Assembly (NCBI GenBank): GCA_025361085.1
Contig: JANYAX010000018.1
Coordinates: 1-57,856, forward strand
Reading direction: 5' to 3'
Source of the DNA: Candidatus Nomurabacteria bacterium
GTDB lineage: Bacteria; Patescibacteriota; Minisyncoccia; Phycocordibacterales; UBA9973
DNA: 57,856 nucleotides
Below the pieces are notes generated by a model that was not told where the DNA came from, did not search any database, and worked only from the letters and a program-made list of their open reading frames with translations. The translations under genes were made by a program, and so were the position numbers. Below are positions 27,605-39,861 of the stretch, one piece after another; position 1 is the first letter of the stretch, and each line of letters opens with the position of its first letter.

Positions 27605-27763
27605 AGTTTTACGTTCCGTGAGGGATTTTTTGTTTTAAAATACCCTTGTAAATAAGCTGGAATGCTTAAAAACGGAGCATTATTAAAGACACATCTCTGT
27701 CGAAAGAGGTGAATTAATCATAAAGCCACCAAAGTATCTATTACTTTAGTGAGACAAATAAAT

Positions 27764-28468
27764 ATGAGTACACAAAGTCAAGTAGAAGAAATGTTTCGTT
27801 CAGGTGTTCATTACGGATATTCAAAAAGCCGTAGACACCCATCTGTTTCCCAATATGTTTTCGCCACAAAGAATGGCGTAGATATTATTAATATAGAAAA
27901 AACTCAAGAACTTTTTGAAAAAGCTCTTGTCGAAGTATCAAAACTAGCCGCAAGCGGAAAGACAATATTGTTCGTAGGAACAAAGCCAGAAGCACGTCAG
28001 CAAATAATTGAGACTGCTCTTTCCCTCAACATGCCATACGTCGGCGAACGTTGGGTTGGTGGAGCTCTTACAAATTTCTCTGAAATAAAAAAAAGAATTG
28101 TTAAACTATTGGATTTAAGAGATCAAAAAGAAAAAGGCGGTCTTGAAAAATACACAAAAAAAGAAAATCTTTTAATAAATAAAGAAATGGAAGATATGAC
28201 AAGAAACTTCCAAGGCCTAGTAGGGATAACAAAAACACCAGATGCAATTTTTGTCGTTGACCCAAAAAAAGAACACATAGCAGTGACTGAAGCTAAAAAA
28301 ATGGGGTTACAAATTATTGCCCTTATGAATACTGATTGCAATCTAAAGCAAGTACAATTTCCTATTGTTGCAAATGACGCTTCAATTTCAAGTATTACTT
28401 TCTTCTTAAATAAAATAAAAGAAGCATATAATACTGGAGCAAATGGTGCGCAAACAGTTACAAAATAA
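27764..28468 (+). CDS. rpsB: 30S ribosomal protein S2
   Basis: GVHYG, ILFVGTK, RWVGGALTNF, ANDAS. Confidence 0.97.
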   Translation: MSTQSQVEEMFRSGVHYGYSKSRRHPSVSQYVFATKNGVDIINIEKTQELFEKALVEVSKLAASGKTILFVGTKPEARQQIIETALSLNMPYVGERWVGGALTNFSEIKKRIVKLLDLRDQKEKGGLEKYTKKENLLINKEMEDMTRNFQGLVGITKTPDAIFVVDPKKEHIAVTEAKKMGLQIIALMNTDCNLKQVQFPIVANDASISSITFFLNKIKEAYNTGANGAQTVTK

Positions 28469-28518
28469 TTAAAAATAATTTACGCCAAGACGTAAATACG
28501 ACTTTGGCGAATAAAAAT

Positions 28519-29301
28519 ATGTCTATAAAAATAACAGCGGAATTAGTCAAAGAATTAAGAGAAGCTACTGGAGTTTCTGTGATGCAATGTAAAAATGCAT
28601 TAGAGGAAGCTGAAGGAGATATGGAAAAAGCTCTCATAATCTTGAAAAAGAAATCAAGTAATATTGCCATGAAAAAAGCTGACCGTAATGCAAAAGACGG
28701 CATGGTAGTAGTAAAAGAAAACGGAAATAAAACATTATTGCTTGTTCTTCGGACTGAGACAGATTTCGTTGCAAAAAATGCTGATTTTATAGACTTGGCA
28801 AATAAGCTCGCTGATATAGCAATAAACGAAGGAATCGATAAGATGATGGCTCAATCACTTGATTTGATCAACGTCACTGTCCAAAAAGTTGGAGAAAAAA
28901 TTGAACTCGGAGAAGTCAAAGAAGTTATCGGAGAAGTTATTGGCAATTATATTCACAACAATAAAAGTGCAGTCGTCGTTTCCCTTTCCACTGGGACAAA
29001 AGAATTGGCTCGTGATATCGCAATGCACATCGCGGCTATGAAGCCAGCTTTTACAAATCCTGAAGACATCACCGAAGAAGATAGAAAAAAAGTTATCGAA
29101 GTTTTTGAAAAAGAAGTAGCAGAATCAGACAAGCCGGAAGAAATTAAAAAGAAAATGCTTGAAGGAAAAATCTCAACTTATTTCAAAGAACAAACTCTCA
29201 TGGATCAATTCTTTATAAAAAATCCTGAAATTACAGTTGGAACACTTCTAAAGAATAGCAATGCAAAATTGGTGTCATTTGTGCATGAGTCAATAATGTA
29301 A
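28519..29301 (+). CDS. tsf: Elongation factor Ts
   Basis: VKELREATG..MQCKNAL, ETDFVAKN, IAMHIAA. Confidence 0.97.
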   Translation: MSIKITAELVKELREATGVSVMQCKNALEEAEGDMEKALIILKKKSSNIAMKKADRNAKDGMVVVKENGNKTLLLVLRTETDFVAKNADFIDLANKLADIAINEGIDKMMAQSLDLINVTVQKVGEKIELGEVKEVIGEVIGNYIHNNKSAVVVSLSTGTKELARDIAMHIAAMKPAFTNPEDITEEDRKKVIEVFEKEVAESDKPEEIKKKMLEGKISTYFKEQTLMDQFFIKNPEITVGTLLKNSNAKLVSFVHESIM

Positions 29302-29302
29302 T

Positions 29303-29716
29303 ATGGGAATAATAATAATCCTTTTTTTAATAGCAACAATTCTAGCTTACCTGATGCTCTCATATAGAGCTTGGGAAATAAAAGTATTGAGAGAAGAACC
29401 ATCAATACCAAGAAGTAAAATCATCCCGGAGATGTATTTTCGACATTTGGAAAAAATTATGCTACATTTAGCTAAACATATTATTCAATGGGTTGTATTG
29501 ATGGTTGTAAAGGGTTTGTTTATCATTACAACAAAGACAAAAAAATGGATTGGTATGAATTGGCCAAAAGTGTATAGTTTCTTCAGTAAGAAAAATGGAG
29601 AACCTGATCCTCTCCAGAAACCTTCATTTGTCCGCCGTGCGGTGCTTGAATCCAAAATGAAGATAAGAAGAATAAAGGAAAAGGTCAAACATGAACACGG
29701 AGAGCAGAATCATTAG
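29303..29716 (+). CDS. Hypothetical membrane protein
   Basis: N-terminal TM; starts 1 nt after tsf stop. Confidence 0.7.
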   Translation: MGIIIILFLIATILAYLMLSYRAWEIKVLREEPSIPRSKIIPEMYFRHLEKIMLHLAKHIIQWVVLMVVKGLFIITTKTKKWIGMNWPKVYSFFSKKNGEPDPLQKPSFVRRAVLESKMKIRRIKEKVKHEHGEQNH

Positions 29717-29743
29717 ATAATATAATTTTATAAAAAAATACAA

Positions 29744-29816
29744 GCCGCTTTAGCTCAGTTGGTAGAGCAACGCTTTTGTAAAGCGAAGGTCCTCAGTTCA
29801 AGTCTGAGAAGCGGCT
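29744..29816 (+). tRNA. tRNA-Thr(TGT)
   Basis: GCCGCTT...AAGCGGC-T, anticodon loop TTTGTAA, CTCAG-TTCAAGT-CTGAG. Confidence 0.93.
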
Positions 29817-29965
29817 CAAAATAAAAATATAGGTTATGTCAAAGCATAACTAAAGCGAAGGTCCTCAGTTCAAGTCTGAGAAGCGGCTCAAAATAAAAAT
29901 ATAGGTTATGTCAAAGCATAACTAAAGCGAAGGTCCTCAGTTCAAGTCTGAGAAGCGGCTCAAAA
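29779..29965 (+). repeat. 72-bp exact tandem repeat (2.6 copies) of tRNA-Thr 3' half plus trailer
   Basis: Unit starts at 29779, 29851, 29923. Confidence 0.95.
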
Positions 29966-29999
29966 AGGAAAACCACCCGTTTAGGGTGTTTTTCCTTTT

Positions 30000-30719
30000 T
30001 TACTGTCCTGCTTTTTTAGTTGTTGTTTTTGTTGTCGTAGTTTTTGCTTGAGGTGTATCTGGCGCTTTTATACTTTCAAGCTCCGGAAATGTTTTCTCTA
30101 TTTCTTCTATCGTCTGAAAACCACTATAAACCTTGCCGTTTATGACAATAGCGGGCAGATTGTCAGGGACTTTATATATTGAAATCATGGCCTTAATTGC
30201 CGAAATATCTAGATTGTAATCAAAAGAATATACTCGAAGGTTTGGATATGTCTCTCTCAAACTTGTGAGCACATAACCCTGCTTGGTGCAGTCATCGCAT
30301 TTGTCATTCTTATAGAAGTAAAGAATAAATATGGATTTTTCTCCACATCTATCGGTAATTTTTTTCATCAATAGATAATCCTTTATTTCAAGAAGTGAAT
30401 AATATTTCTTCAAACTAATAACGTCGACATTCTTGGCACCAATATTGTTCTCACTATATGAAATTTTATCTGCGAGTGTATTTAATTCTGATGAAAGAAT
30501 CGTACCAGAGACATCTTTGCAAGATTGCTCTTGAAGTAAATTAAATTGGGTTTCTGATGACATCAAGTCGAGAGATATTTTACTTTCAATAGACTTAATC
30601 TGATCAATTTTCTTATTCCCAAAATAATTAGAAAGCCACAACCCGATTACAAAAATTGTTGTGGTAATGAATAAAACTATTATGTATTTTTTCCAATCAT
30701 TTGGTTCGTGTTGATGCAT
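30000..30719 (-). CDS. Membrane-anchored protein with C-terminal thioredoxin-like domain
   Basis: N-terminal TM, LYFY...CDDC, LPAIVING. Confidence 0.75.
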   Translation of the reverse strand: MHQHEPNDWKKYIIVLFITTTIFVIGLWLSNYFGNKKIDQIKSIESKISLDLMSSETQFNLLQEQSCKDVSGTILSSELNTLADKISYSENNIGAKNVDVISLKKYYSLLEIKDYLLMKKITDRCGEKSIFILYFYKNDKCDDCTKQGYVLTSLRETYPNLRVYSFDYNLDISAIKAMISIYKVPDNLPAIVINGKVYSGFQTIEEIEKTFPELESIKAPDTPQAKTTTTKTTTKKAGQ

Positions 30720-30731
30720 AAATATAGAGAG

Positions 30732-32000
30732 CTACTTGGCAACTTTACGCTCAAGAGTCCAGCTTGATTCTTTTGAAATAATGGCATTATATATTGCCCT
30801 TAACATCCAAAACGGTGCAATTACACTATAAATTATGATAAAATAAAAGAAAGATATTGAGAAACCGGACTTTCCTTCCGCCATTTTTCTACCTATCATA
30901 ACTGATATAATAACTAGTATATACAAAATTATAGTTAAGAACAATACCGCTTTAGTGTTAAGGAAGAACCAATCAAACTTGTAATGAAAAGTGAAAATAT
31001 GACCGAAACCAACGGTCTGAATTTGAACTATTTTATTATAAATAAATTTGATAATGTTCCCCACCACATTAACAAAAAGAAAAATAACTCCAACGATAGA
31101 GACTATTCCCGAGGGTAAAGTAAAGAGTGCCACAGTTCCATATTCTTTTCTAAATAACATACGTCTATAATCAATAAGATTTTTTATAAAACCATATATC
31201 CATCTCAACCGCTGGCGATAAAGTTTCGCAACAGAGTTCGGTGTATTAGTATAAACATATGCATCAGGACAATGATCGATTTTGTATCCATGCTCTTGCA
31301 TACGAAGTGCTATCTCTTGGTCTTCAGTATTGTGAGCTTTGTGGTAAGGACCTAAATCATCAAAAACTTTTTTGCGAAAGATAGAAAATGGTCCTGGAGC
31401 TACATGAATCCCACCCATAAAACCAAGCATTTTCTTCGTATAAATAGACATGTCATATTCTATACTTTGCGCATGCTGAAGAATATTTTTAGGATTAAAA
31501 ACAACAATCGACGGAGCAACGGCCATTGTTTGGGGGTCTTTTTCAAAATATTTTAATATCCTTTTAAGTGATTGAGGGTGAACCATAGAATCAGAATCTA
31601 GACAACCAAAAAATTCTGAACTGGTTTTTTCAAGAGCCAAATTAACAGCGGTATGTTTTCCACCATTTTCTTTTTTTAATAAGACAACGCATTGATTATC
31701 TTTAAACTCCTGAATCACATTCCAAGTATTATCTTTACTTCCATCATCAACAATATATATTTTTATTTTATCTTTTGGATAGTCAAGAGAAAGAAGAGAT
31801 TTAACTGTTTTGATTATAGTTGTTTCTTCATTATAAATAGGAACTGCAATCGTAACAGTTGGATAATAATTGAGGTCTAAGTTGTCAGGATTGTGAACAA
31901 TATGACGTTTCTTCTCCAAGAAGGTCACCAAAAAAAATATCTGTACATAGACAGAAATGAAGCAAAACACATAAAATATAATGGTATAAGCCGATCCCAT
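30732..32000 (-). CDS. GT2-family processive glycosyltransferase
   Basis: VP.YNE, VDDGSKD, DSD, TED, QRLRW, C-terminal TMs. Confidence 0.93.
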   Translation of the reverse strand: MGSAYTIIFYVFCFISVYVQIFFLVTFLEKKRHIVHNPDNLDLNYYPTVTIAVPIYNEETTIIKTVKSLLSLDYPKDKIKIYIVDDGSKDNTWNVIQEFKDNQCVVLLKKENGGKHTAVNLALEKTSSEFFGCLDSDSMVHPQSLKRILKYFEKDPQTMAVAPSIVVFNPKNILQHAQSIEYDMSIYTKKMLGFMGGIHVAPGPFSIFRKKVFDDLGPYHKAHNTEDQEIALRMQEHGYKIDHCPDAYVYTNTPNSVAKLYRQRLRWIYGFIKNLIDYRRMLFRKEYGTVALFTLPSGIVSIVGVIFLFVNVVGNIIKFIYNKIVQIQTVGFGHIFTFHYKFDWFFLNTKAVLFLTIILYILVIISVMIGRKMAEGKSGFSISFFYFIIIYSVIAPFWMLRAIYNAIISKESSWTLERKVAK

Positions 32001-32208
32001 AACTAATTCCTAGTATAACATATTATCTATATTTTTCAATGTTATTTTATTTTCTTTTAAATAATCATCTGTGGTATAATTATCAAACATATTTCCTGTT
32101 AACAATCATATTTTCAATATGATTCATGGAAATATCATTAAAAATCGTAATATTTATTATTTAATTTAAATAATCACATTTATTTAACTGCTGATTATTT
32201 TACATAAA

Positions 32209-33030
32209 ATGGAGAACGAAAATACAACACAAATGCCAGTACAGCCACCAGTAGAACAACAACCTGATTCTTCGCAATCAGGGCAACCACATCAAAAATT
32301 AACAACGCCTATGGCAATCGTTATTGCTGGTGTTCTTGTTTTGGTTGGAATTTTATTAACAGGTGGAGCTGGGCCAAAAGCAGTAAAAGATAAAACATTA
32401 TCTGAACAAGTAGGTATCAGCAAGAGTGCTCTCGCTTCTTGTATGGCTGATACTAATTTAAATGATCTATACAAAAAATTAACAGCTGAAGCGACTACTG
32501 TAATGCAAAATATTCCGGCAGAACAAAGAGGGACGCCATATGGTGTGATAGTGAGTAAAAACGGGATAAAGGTTGAACTAAGAGGGAATCTTCCTTATGA
32601 TGATTATAATGTACCTAATGTTACCGAAAAACAACCTGGGTTTAAAACACTTATAGCTAAAGTTGTCGCAGGTACAGCTACTTCAGATTACAAAGGGGAA
32701 CTTCCTCTACCGAGCGCAACAGACCATATCATGGGTAGTTTAGATGCGCCTGTTATCATCGTAGAATATGCTGATCTTGAATGCCCTTACTGCAAAGCAT
32801 TCGGCGTCACAGCAAAAAAAATAGTTAGTGAATCAAATGGAGGTGTTGCTTGGGTTTACCGTCATTGGCCAGTTCACATAGATACATCGCGGAATCAATT
32901 CGCACTTGAAAAAGCTGCAGCATCTGAATGTGTAGCAAAGATAAAAGGAAATGACGCTTTCTGGCAATACATTGATTTGGTATTTGGATTAATGGATCCA
33001 GTCAAAACTCCTATCGCTGATAAACTTTAG
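32209..33030 (+). CDS. DsbA-family oxidoreductase, circularly permuted
   Basis: TM, then SC...RGTP...G.LPY segment, then DHIMG..DAPV.IVEY.D.ECPYC, WVYRH.P, FW. Confidence 0.85.
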   Translation: MENENTTQMPVQPPVEQQPDSSQSGQPHQKLTTPMAIVIAGVLVLVGILLTGGAGPKAVKDKTLSEQVGISKSALASCMADTNLNDLYKKLTAEATTVMQNIPAEQRGTPYGVIVSKNGIKVELRGNLPYDDYNVPNVTEKQPGFKTLIAKVVAGTATSDYKGELPLPSATDHIMGSLDAPVIIVEYADLECPYCKAFGVTAKKIVSESNGGVAWVYRHWPVHIDTSRNQFALEKAAASECVAKIKGNDAFWQYIDLVFGLMDPVKTPIADKL

Positions 33031-33039
33031 AATATAGAA

Positions 33040-33086
33040 TTAACCAACAAAAAAGCCTGATTTTATCAGGCTTTTTTGTTGGTTAA
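33040..33086. terminator. Bidirectional terminator between dsbA-like gene and rpoD
   Basis: TTAACCAACAAAAAAGCCTGAT-TTT-ATCAGGCTTTTTTGTTGGTTAA. Confidence 0.85.
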
Positions 33087-34402
33087 TCAAAGTAATTTTT
33101 TAAGCGGGCTATTTTCTCGTTGTTACGTAATTTCTCGTGGACTTTCGCTTCGATCTGACGAATACGTTCTCGAGTAACTCCGAACTCTTGACCGACTTCT
33201 TCGAGAGTGTGTTGTATACCATCCATAAGTCCATAACGAAGTTCAAGAATTTTTCTTTCTTTTGGATTTAATGTATCAAGAACTTCTTTGATTTGATCTG
33301 AAAGAATTCTTCTCGAAGAATCCTGATCTGGGCGAAGAATCTTATCGTCAGGAATAAATTCTCCACGTGTAGATTTCTCATCATCATCCCCTATTGGTTG
33401 TTCCAAAGAAACCGTATCTTGGTTGATTTGTTCGATAACATGAATCTTATCAACTTCGAGATTCATCTCGGTCGCAATTTCTTCAATCAATGGCTCACGA
33501 CCAAGATCTTGAGAAAGTCGACGAACAACTTGTTTATATTTCGAAATTGTTTCTACCATGTGAACCGGGATACGAATTGTACGCGATTGATCAGCGAGTG
33601 CGCGTGTAATAGACTGTCTTATCCACCAAGTTGCATAAGTTGAGAATTTATAACCTTTTGTCCAGTCGAATTTCTCAACAGCTTTAAACAAGCCGAGGTT
33701 CCCCTCTTGAATTAAATCAAGAAGTGTAAGATCAGAACTTCGTCCGACATATTTTTTAGCAATTGAAACAACAAGACGAAGGTTGGCACGAGCAAGTAAA
33801 TTCTTGGCCTCCATATCTCCTTTCTCAATACGATATGCCAAGTTCTTTTCTTCACTTGCAGGAATCAGTGGATATTGCCCAATTTCTTTCAAATACATCT
33901 GAATCGAATCATATGTTTGTCCATCTTTACTATATTTAAGTGCTAGCTTCTCCGTATCACTATTTACATCAAGAAGGTTACCTCCTTCAAGAACATCAAC
34001 TCCTGACACTGACAATTTTTCGTAAAGCTCATCCAAAAAGATAATATTATTCTCAATATCTGGGAATATTTTAATAATCTCGTCGTATGTAATAAAACCT
34101 CTCTTTTTGCCTTTTTCAATTATACTATTAGACTTTTCCTCTAAATCTAATAACTTTTTTTCAATCAAAGATCGTTTCTGTGATGATTTCAAAGAACTTC
34201 CACTTTTGGGGTTTCTGGATTTTTTTGAAACTGAGACTTTTTTACGAGAAACTGATGAGGTTTTTTTAGTACTTTTTTTATGTGCCACTTTTGAAGCAAT
34301 CTTCCTGATTTTTTTGGAGTTCTTTTTTGTAAGTACTTTATTTTTCTTGATTACTTTTTTTATTTTTTTGATATTTTTTATTTTTTTAATTTTCTTCATC
34401 AT
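33083..34402 (-). CDS. rpoD: Primary sigma factor RpoD with Lys-rich N-terminal extension
   Basis: Region 1.1 [54 protein letters not shown]; follows dnaG. Confidence 0.95.
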   Translation of the reverse strand: MMKKIKKIKNIKKIKKVIKKNKVLTKKNSKKIRKIASKVAHKKSTKKTSSVSRKKVSVSKKSRNPKSGSSLKSSQKRSLIEKKLLDLEEKSNSIIEKGKKRGFITYDEIIKIFPDIENNIIFLDELYEKLSVSGVDVLEGGNLLDVNSDTEKLALKYSKDGQTYDSIQMYLKEIGQYPLIPASEEKNLAYRIEKGDMEAKNLLARANLRLVVSIAKKYVGRSSDLTLLDLIQEGNLGLFKAVEKFDWTKGYKFSTYATWWIRQSITRALADQSRTIRIPVHMVETISKYKQVVRRLSQDLGREPLIEEIATEMNLEVDKIHVIEQINQDTVSLEQPIGDDDEKSTRGEFIPDDKILRPDQDSSRRILSDQIKEVLDTLNPKERKILELRYGLMDGIQHTLEEVGQEFGVTRERIRQIEAKVHEKLRNNEKIARLKNYFD

Positions 34403-34406
34403 AAAA

Positions 34407-36167
34407 TTATTTTGACCTACGATTTTTAATCTCTGCAATTTTTTCGACTATTTTTTGGTAACCCGCGATATTTTCTTTAAGACCTTCTTTATTATTACTA
34501 TGTTCAATCTCGTTTATTTTAGTGAGCAGAAACATAGCTTTATCTTTGAATACTTCTTCTTCTAGGTTTAAAATGATTTCACTCGTATCATTCATAAGAA
34601 TATTAATCTTGTCACCATACCACATTTCGGCTTCAAAAGCGAGAGTGTCCGAAAATGGTTCATATAAAATAAGCATTTTTTGGTAATCGTCAATTCCGAT
34701 ATCTTTCTCAAAAGATGACACTAGTCCACTTATATTATTCTTTTGTTCTTTTACCTCCTTTTGCCAAAAAATGATACCGAATAATTTTTTTTCTAATCTG
34801 TCGCGACGAGAATTGGTATCTTTTGTTTCTTTTGGTTTATCTTTTAACAGATCAACATTCGCGCTATTTGTTTTCTCATAATTTTTATAGTCTTCAATTA
34901 TTGCATCTTCGGCTATTCCTGTCTTTGTGTGTATCTCATTGATATAAGCTGACTTTTCGATAGAACTTTTAATCATCAACATAAATGGAAAAATTATTTC
35001 ACGAATTTTTTTACCTCTTATGCGTATGTCGTTTGTACTTTTACAAATTCTATCTAAATGAAAACTAACAATATTGACCGAATTCTTAATTATTTCTTTC
35101 CATTTATTTTGATCTTCATGTATCAGATCTGCGGGATCCTTACCTATCGGCAATACTGCAACTTTCACTTGCATATCAAGTGACAATGCTATCAGAGCAG
35201 AACGACTTGCCGCTCTTATTCCCGCATCATCACCGTCATATGAAAATATAATATTGGAAGAAAGACGTCTAACTAATCCCAAATTATTAATTTTTGATTC
35301 ATTATCTACTGTCGTGTCGGTAAAAGCAGTTCCTGAAACAGCAACTGTGTTGTTTAGCCCTGCTTGATGAGACAAGATTAAATCCATTTGCCCTTCAACT
35401 ATTATACTATAATCACGACTCCTTATCGCACCTTTTGCTTTATCAAGGCCAAACAGAACATTTGATTTATTGAAAAGTGGTGTATCGGGACTATTCAGAT
35501 ATTTAGCTTCTTCAATTGCTGATCCACTTTCTTTTTTAAATATCCTTCCTGAAAAAGCAATAACCCTGCCACTCGAATCACTAATCGGGAACATTATACG
35601 CCCTCGAAAACGATCATAATATCGATTATCTTTTCTTTTAATCAAACCAACAATTTCAATATCTTCTTTTTTATATCCTTTATTTATCAGATAATCGTGT
35701 ATAGAATTCCACGATTCCGGAGCATAGCCAATCCTGAAAGATTTGATAAAAGCGTCATTTAACCCCCTATTTACTAGATAACTTCTAGCTTCCATATTAC
35801 CGGCAAATACTTTTTCAAAGTATTCTGTCGCTTCCTCCATTATCTCATAGTACATATCCGTCTTGTCTTTTATCTTACTTTTGTATGCAGAAAGTTCTAC
35901 GCCAGCACGCTCGGCTAGAATTTTTAATGACCCTAAAAAATCAGTACCTTCAAAATGTTCTACGAATGAAAAAATATCTCCTTTAGCTCCACATCCAAAA
36001 CAATAATAACTTCCTCGCTCAGGTGAAATAAAGAAAGAGGGCGTTTTCTCATTATGAAATGGGCATTTAGCCTTGTAGTTTTTGCCGGCCTTTTCAACGG
36101 TCAGATAGGAAGAAATGACATCGACAATAGAGAGTCTCTCTTTAATTTTCTCCACAGGTGAGTGCAT
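34407..36167 (-). CDS. dnaG: DNA primase
   Basis: [42 protein letters not shown]. Confidence 0.97.
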   Translation of the reverse strand: MHSPVEKIKERLSIVDVISSYLTVEKAGKNYKAKCPFHNEKTPSFFISPERGSYYCFGCGAKGDIFSFVEHFEGTDFLGSLKILAERAGVELSAYKSKIKDKTDMYYEIMEEATEYFEKVFAGNMEARSYLVNRGLNDAFIKSFRIGYAPESWNSIHDYLINKGYKKEDIEIVGLIKRKDNRYYDRFRGRIMFPISDSSGRVIAFSGRIFKKESGSAIEEAKYLNSPDTPLFNKSNVLFGLDKAKGAIRSRDYSIIVEGQMDLILSHQAGLNNTVAVSGTAFTDTTVDNESKINNLGLVRRLSSNIIFSYDGDDAGIRAASRSALIALSLDMQVKVAVLPIGKDPADLIHEDQNKWKEIIKNSVNIVSFHLDRICKSTNDIRIRGKKIREIIFPFMLMIKSSIEKSAYINEIHTKTGIAEDAIIEDYKNYEKTNSANVDLLKDKPKETKDTNSRRDRLEKKLFGIIFWQKEVKEQKNNISGLVSSFEKDIGIDDYQKMLILYEPFSDTLAFEAEMWYGDKINILMNDTSEIILNLEEEVFKDKAMFLLTKINEIEHSNNKEGLKENIAGYQKIVEKIAEIKNRRSK

Positions 36168-36198
36168 ATTTATTATTTTGTGAACTAATTATTATGAT

Positions 36199-39100
36199 CT
36201 ATTGACCAGAATCATTTTTATCTTCTTCAACTACTTCTGCACGTTTTACACCAAAGCCTGTTCCAGCTGGAATAAGGTTACCAATAATAACATTTTCCTT
36301 TAATCCTCTTAGATTATCAATACCTCCACGGATTGCGTTATTGATCAAAACTCTATTTGTATTTTGGAATGATGCAGCAGACAACCAACTCTTTGTTGTA
36401 AGAGAAACCTCAGTAATACCTAGAACGATTGTAGAAGCTTCGGCCTTCTTGCCACTTCCTTCGGCTTCTATACGGTTATTTTCTTCAATCAATTCTATTG
36501 TTTCAATGATTTCTCCTGGTGAGAAAGTGGTATCTCCAGCATCTTTGATTCGCTTACGTGAGAACATCTGACGAATAATTATTTCGATGTGTTTTCGAGA
36601 AATCGAAGCACTTTGTAAATCATAAACTTTGTTTATCTCATCTACGATGTATTCTTCTGCAACTTCTTTACCTCCATATTTTACAATTTCATTTATGTCA
36701 GCTGATCCATCTGTGAGAAGGTCACCTTTTTTAACTTTTGAACCAATCTTTACGAGAATTTGGCGTCGTGGTGGAACAGCATATTCTACTTCATTTCCAT
36801 TTTTCCCACCTGCTTTGTTGTTATCAACCTTAAGATCTGAAAGAACTTTGATAAATTTATCTTTACCATTATCTACAATATCTACAACTTCACCGTCAGA
36901 AACTGAGATAAGTGCTGGATTTTTGGGAATGCGTCTTTCAAAAATTTCTTCGACACGAGGAAGACCTGTAGTAATATCGACAGTTGCAACTCCACCGGCG
37001 TGAAAAGTACGAAGTGTAAGCTGAGTTCCCGGTTCACCAATTGCTTGCGCGGCAATAATTCCGACAGCTTGTCCAAGCCCTATCATACAATTTCTTCCAA
37101 GATCAAGACCGTAACAATTTCTACAGATTCCGTGTACTGTCTCACAAGAAAGTGGGGTGCGGACATAAGCTTCTTTTATTCCGGCTTTCTCTAGTGCGCG
37201 TGCATCTTCTTTTGTTATCAATGCTCCTTTCTTATACAATACTTTACCTTCACTGTCTTTAATATCGGCAAGCAAAATTCGCCCGTGTACATATTTAGCA
37301 AAAGCACCATCTACCGCAACAATTTTTTTACCATTTTTTGTTCCACAATCTTCTTCAGTAATTACAACATCTTGCGCAACATCGACTAGACGTCTTGTTA
37401 GATACCCAGCTTTTGCGGTGTTAAGTGCCGTGTCAGCAGCTCCTTTACGTGAACCGTGAGTTGTAATGAAATACTCAAGTGGTGACAAACCTTCGATATA
37501 TGATGGGATAATTGGAAAATCCAAAGTATCTCCTGACGTATTCACGATCAATCCTTTCATACCACACATCTGTACCAAACTTCCCATACTTCCTCGAGCT
37601 CCAGAAGTTATGAGGTCATAAGTTGAACTTCTTGGATCTAGTGTGACAGGAATTATTTTTTCAATTTCTTTTTTGGCGTGTTCCCATATTTCAATAACTT
37701 TCTGATATTGTTCATCTTCAGATAGAAGTCCATCAGCAAATTGTTCACGAACAACTTCTTCTTCTTTTCTAAATTTAGCAACTATGTCTTTTTTACCTTC
37801 TGGAACTTTTAGGTTATCGATTCCCCAAGTTACTCCTGAGTATGTAGCGTATTTGTAACCGAAATCTTTAATTTTATCCAGAACTTTTGGAGTTTCATCA
37901 ATACCATAGTGACTAATAAGTTCATCTACAAGTAAAGACATTCTCTTGATAGTTATTTCTTCGTTCATGTATGGGAAATCTTCTGGAAAAATACTATTGA
38001 AGAATAATCTTCCAACCGTAGTTTCAAAAGGTCTCTCATTAAATATTTTGTACTTTGTTTTTTCGCCACCAATAACCTTTATTTTTGCGCGGAAAGTAAT
38101 AGCTCCTAAATCAAAAGCGGTGATTGCTTGATTTGGATTTGAGAATGCCATTCCTTCTCCTTTTTCACCATCAACTGATTTAGTCATCCAATAACAACCA
38201 AGAACAATATCCATCTTCGGTAATATTATTGGGGATCCATCTTGGGGTTTAAGTAAGTTTTTATTTGAAGCCATGAATTCTTTTGCTTCCATCTGTGCCA
38301 TTTCTCCAAGTGGAACGTAAACGGCCATCTGGTCTCCGTCGAAGTCAGCGTTGAACCCTGCACAGACAAGTGGGTGCACTTGGATAGCATTTCCTTCGAT
38401 AAGAATAGGATTGAAAGCTTGAATACCAAGACGGTGAAGTGTAGGAGCACGATTCAAAAGAACATATTTTCCTTGGATTATCTCTTCGAGTATTGCCCAA
38501 ACTTCTGGAATTCCTTCTTCGATGAGACGGTTTGCTCCACGAATGTTGAAAGCGAGTTCAGTTTCTAAAATTTTTGAAATTACAAATGGTTTAAAAAGTT
38601 CAAGTGCCATGTGTTTTGGAAGACCACATTGATTGAGTTTAAGTTGTGGACCGACGACGATAACAGAACGGCCTGAATAATCCACACGTTTACCCAGCAG
38701 ATTCTGACGGAATAACCCCTGTTTTGATTTCAAATTATCGGAAAGTGATTTGAGTGCACGTTTCTGAGAAGAAGAAATGGCTTGAGAGTCATTTTGCTTC
38801 GCGATTGAATTATCGATAAGGGCATCGACTGCTTCTTGTAAGATACGCTTTTCGTTACGCAAAATAACATCTGGGGCACCGATTTCTTTTAATTTCTTTA
38901 AACGATTGTTTCGATTTATCACGCGACGATACAAGTCGTTGAGATCTGAAGTCGCGTGTCGCCCACCATCAAGAGCCACCATTGGACGAAGTGCGGGTGG
39001 AATAACTGGGATAACAGTCAAGAACATCCATTCAGGGCGAATACCAGAGTGAATCATCGAACGTAGAAGTGATAACCTCTTTTCGAGTTTTTCTTTGTCG

Positions 39101-39831
39101 ATACTTGAAGCTTTAGGAAGCATACTCTCTGTCTCAGCTTTCAATTTACCTAAATCCATGTTTTTGAAAAGAGTAAAGATTGCTTCGGCACCGATGCTTG
39201 CTTCAAAACAACTTCCATATTTTAGACCGAAGTGATGATAAGCAATTTCATTGAGAACTTTTCCGGGAATGATTTCATTTATTTCCCTCTTTGTATTAGT
39301 CAAAAGTTCTTTTAATTTTTCTTTTTCAGCTTCATCATTTGTACTCTTAAGCTTTGCTTTAAATTCACTTTCGAGGTTTTTTATGATTGATTCTTTTTCT
39401 TCAGAATAAATATTTGTAATTATGTAACCAGCGAAATATATAACTTTTTCCAAGTCACTAACTGGAATATTTAGAAGAACTGACATACGAGAAGGAACTC
39501 CACGCAAGAACCAGATATGAGCGACAGGAGAAGAAAGCTCGATGTGCCCCATTCTCTCACGGCGAACGATAGAGCGAGTGACTTCAACTCCACATTTTTC
39601 ACAAATAATATCTTTATATCTTATTCTACGATATTTTCCACAGTAACATTCATAGTCTTTTTCGGGACCGAATATTCTTTCATCAAATAATCCAGAGCGT
39701 TCCGAACGTCCAGTTCTATAATTTATAGTTTCTGGTTTTGTCACTTCCCCATAAGACCATTCGACAATGGTCTCAGGTGAAGCAAGTTTCAATGTTATAG
39801 CGTCAAAGTTTGTTGTATCAATTGTTTTCAT
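36199..39831 (-). CDS. rpoC: RNA polymerase beta' subunit
   Basis: [27 protein letters not shown]. Confidence 0.99.
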   Translation of the reverse strand: MKTIDTTNFDAITLKLASPETIVEWSYGEVTKPETINYRTGRSERSGLFDERIFGPEKDYECYCGKYRRIRYKDIICEKCGVEVTRSIVRRERMGHIELSSPVAHIWFLRGVPSRMSVLLNIPVSDLEKVIYFAGYIITNIYSEEKESIIKNLESEFKAKLKSTNDEAEKEKLKELLTNTKREINEIIPGKVLNEIAYHHFGLKYGSCFEASIGAEAIFTLFKNMDLGKLKAETESMLPKASSIDKEKLEKRLSLLRSMIHSGIRPEWMFLTVIPVIPPALRPMVALDGGRHATSDLNDLYRRVINRNNRLKKLKEIGAPDVILRNEKRILQEAVDALIDNSIAKQNDSQAISSSQKRALKSLSDNLKSKQGLFRQNLLGKRVDYSGRSVIVVGPQLKLNQCGLPKHMALELFKPFVISKILETELAFNIRGANRLIEEGIPEVWAILEEIIQGKYVLLNRAPTLHRLGIQAFNPILIEGNAIQVHPLVCAGFNADFDGDQMAVYVPLGEMAQMEAKEFMASNKNLLKPQDGSPIILPKMDIVLGCYWMTKSVDGEKGEGMAFSNPNQAITAFDLGAITFRAKIKVIGGEKTKYKIFNERPFETTVGRLFFNSIFPEDFPYMNEEITIKRMSLLVDELISHYGIDETPKVLDKIKDFGYKYATYSGVTWGIDNLKVPEGKKDIVAKFRKEEEVVREQFADGLLSEDEQYQKVIEIWEHAKKEIEKIIPVTLDPRSSTYDLITSGARGSMGSLVQMCGMKGLIVNTSGDTLDFPIIPSYIEGLSPLEYFITTHGSRKGAADTALNTAKAGYLTRRLVDVAQDVVITEEDCGTKNGKKIVAVDGAFAKYVHGRILLADIKDSEGKVLYKKGALITKEDARALEKAGIKEAYVRTPLSCETVHGICRNCYGLDLGRNCMIGLGQAVGIIAAQAIGEPGTQLTLRTFHAGGVATVDITTGLPRVEEIFERRIPKNPALISVSDGEVVDIVDNGKDKFIKVLSDLKVDNNKAGGKNGNEVEYAVPPRRQILVKIGSKVKKGDLLTDGSADINEIVKYGGKEVAEEYIVDEINKVYDLQSASISRKHIEIIIRQMFSRKRIKDAGDTTFSPGEIIETIELIEENNRIEAEGSGKKAEASTIVLGITEVSLTTKSWLSAASFQNTNRVLINNAIRGGIDNLRGLKENVIIGNLIPAGTGFGVKRAEVVEEDKNDSGQ

Positions 39832-39861
39832 ATAATTTTGATTTAATTGGCATTTAAGCTA

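Noticed and set aside
29779-29965. CRISPR array
   Set aside because: Intervening sequences are identical, the repeat is tRNA-derived, and no cas genes are present
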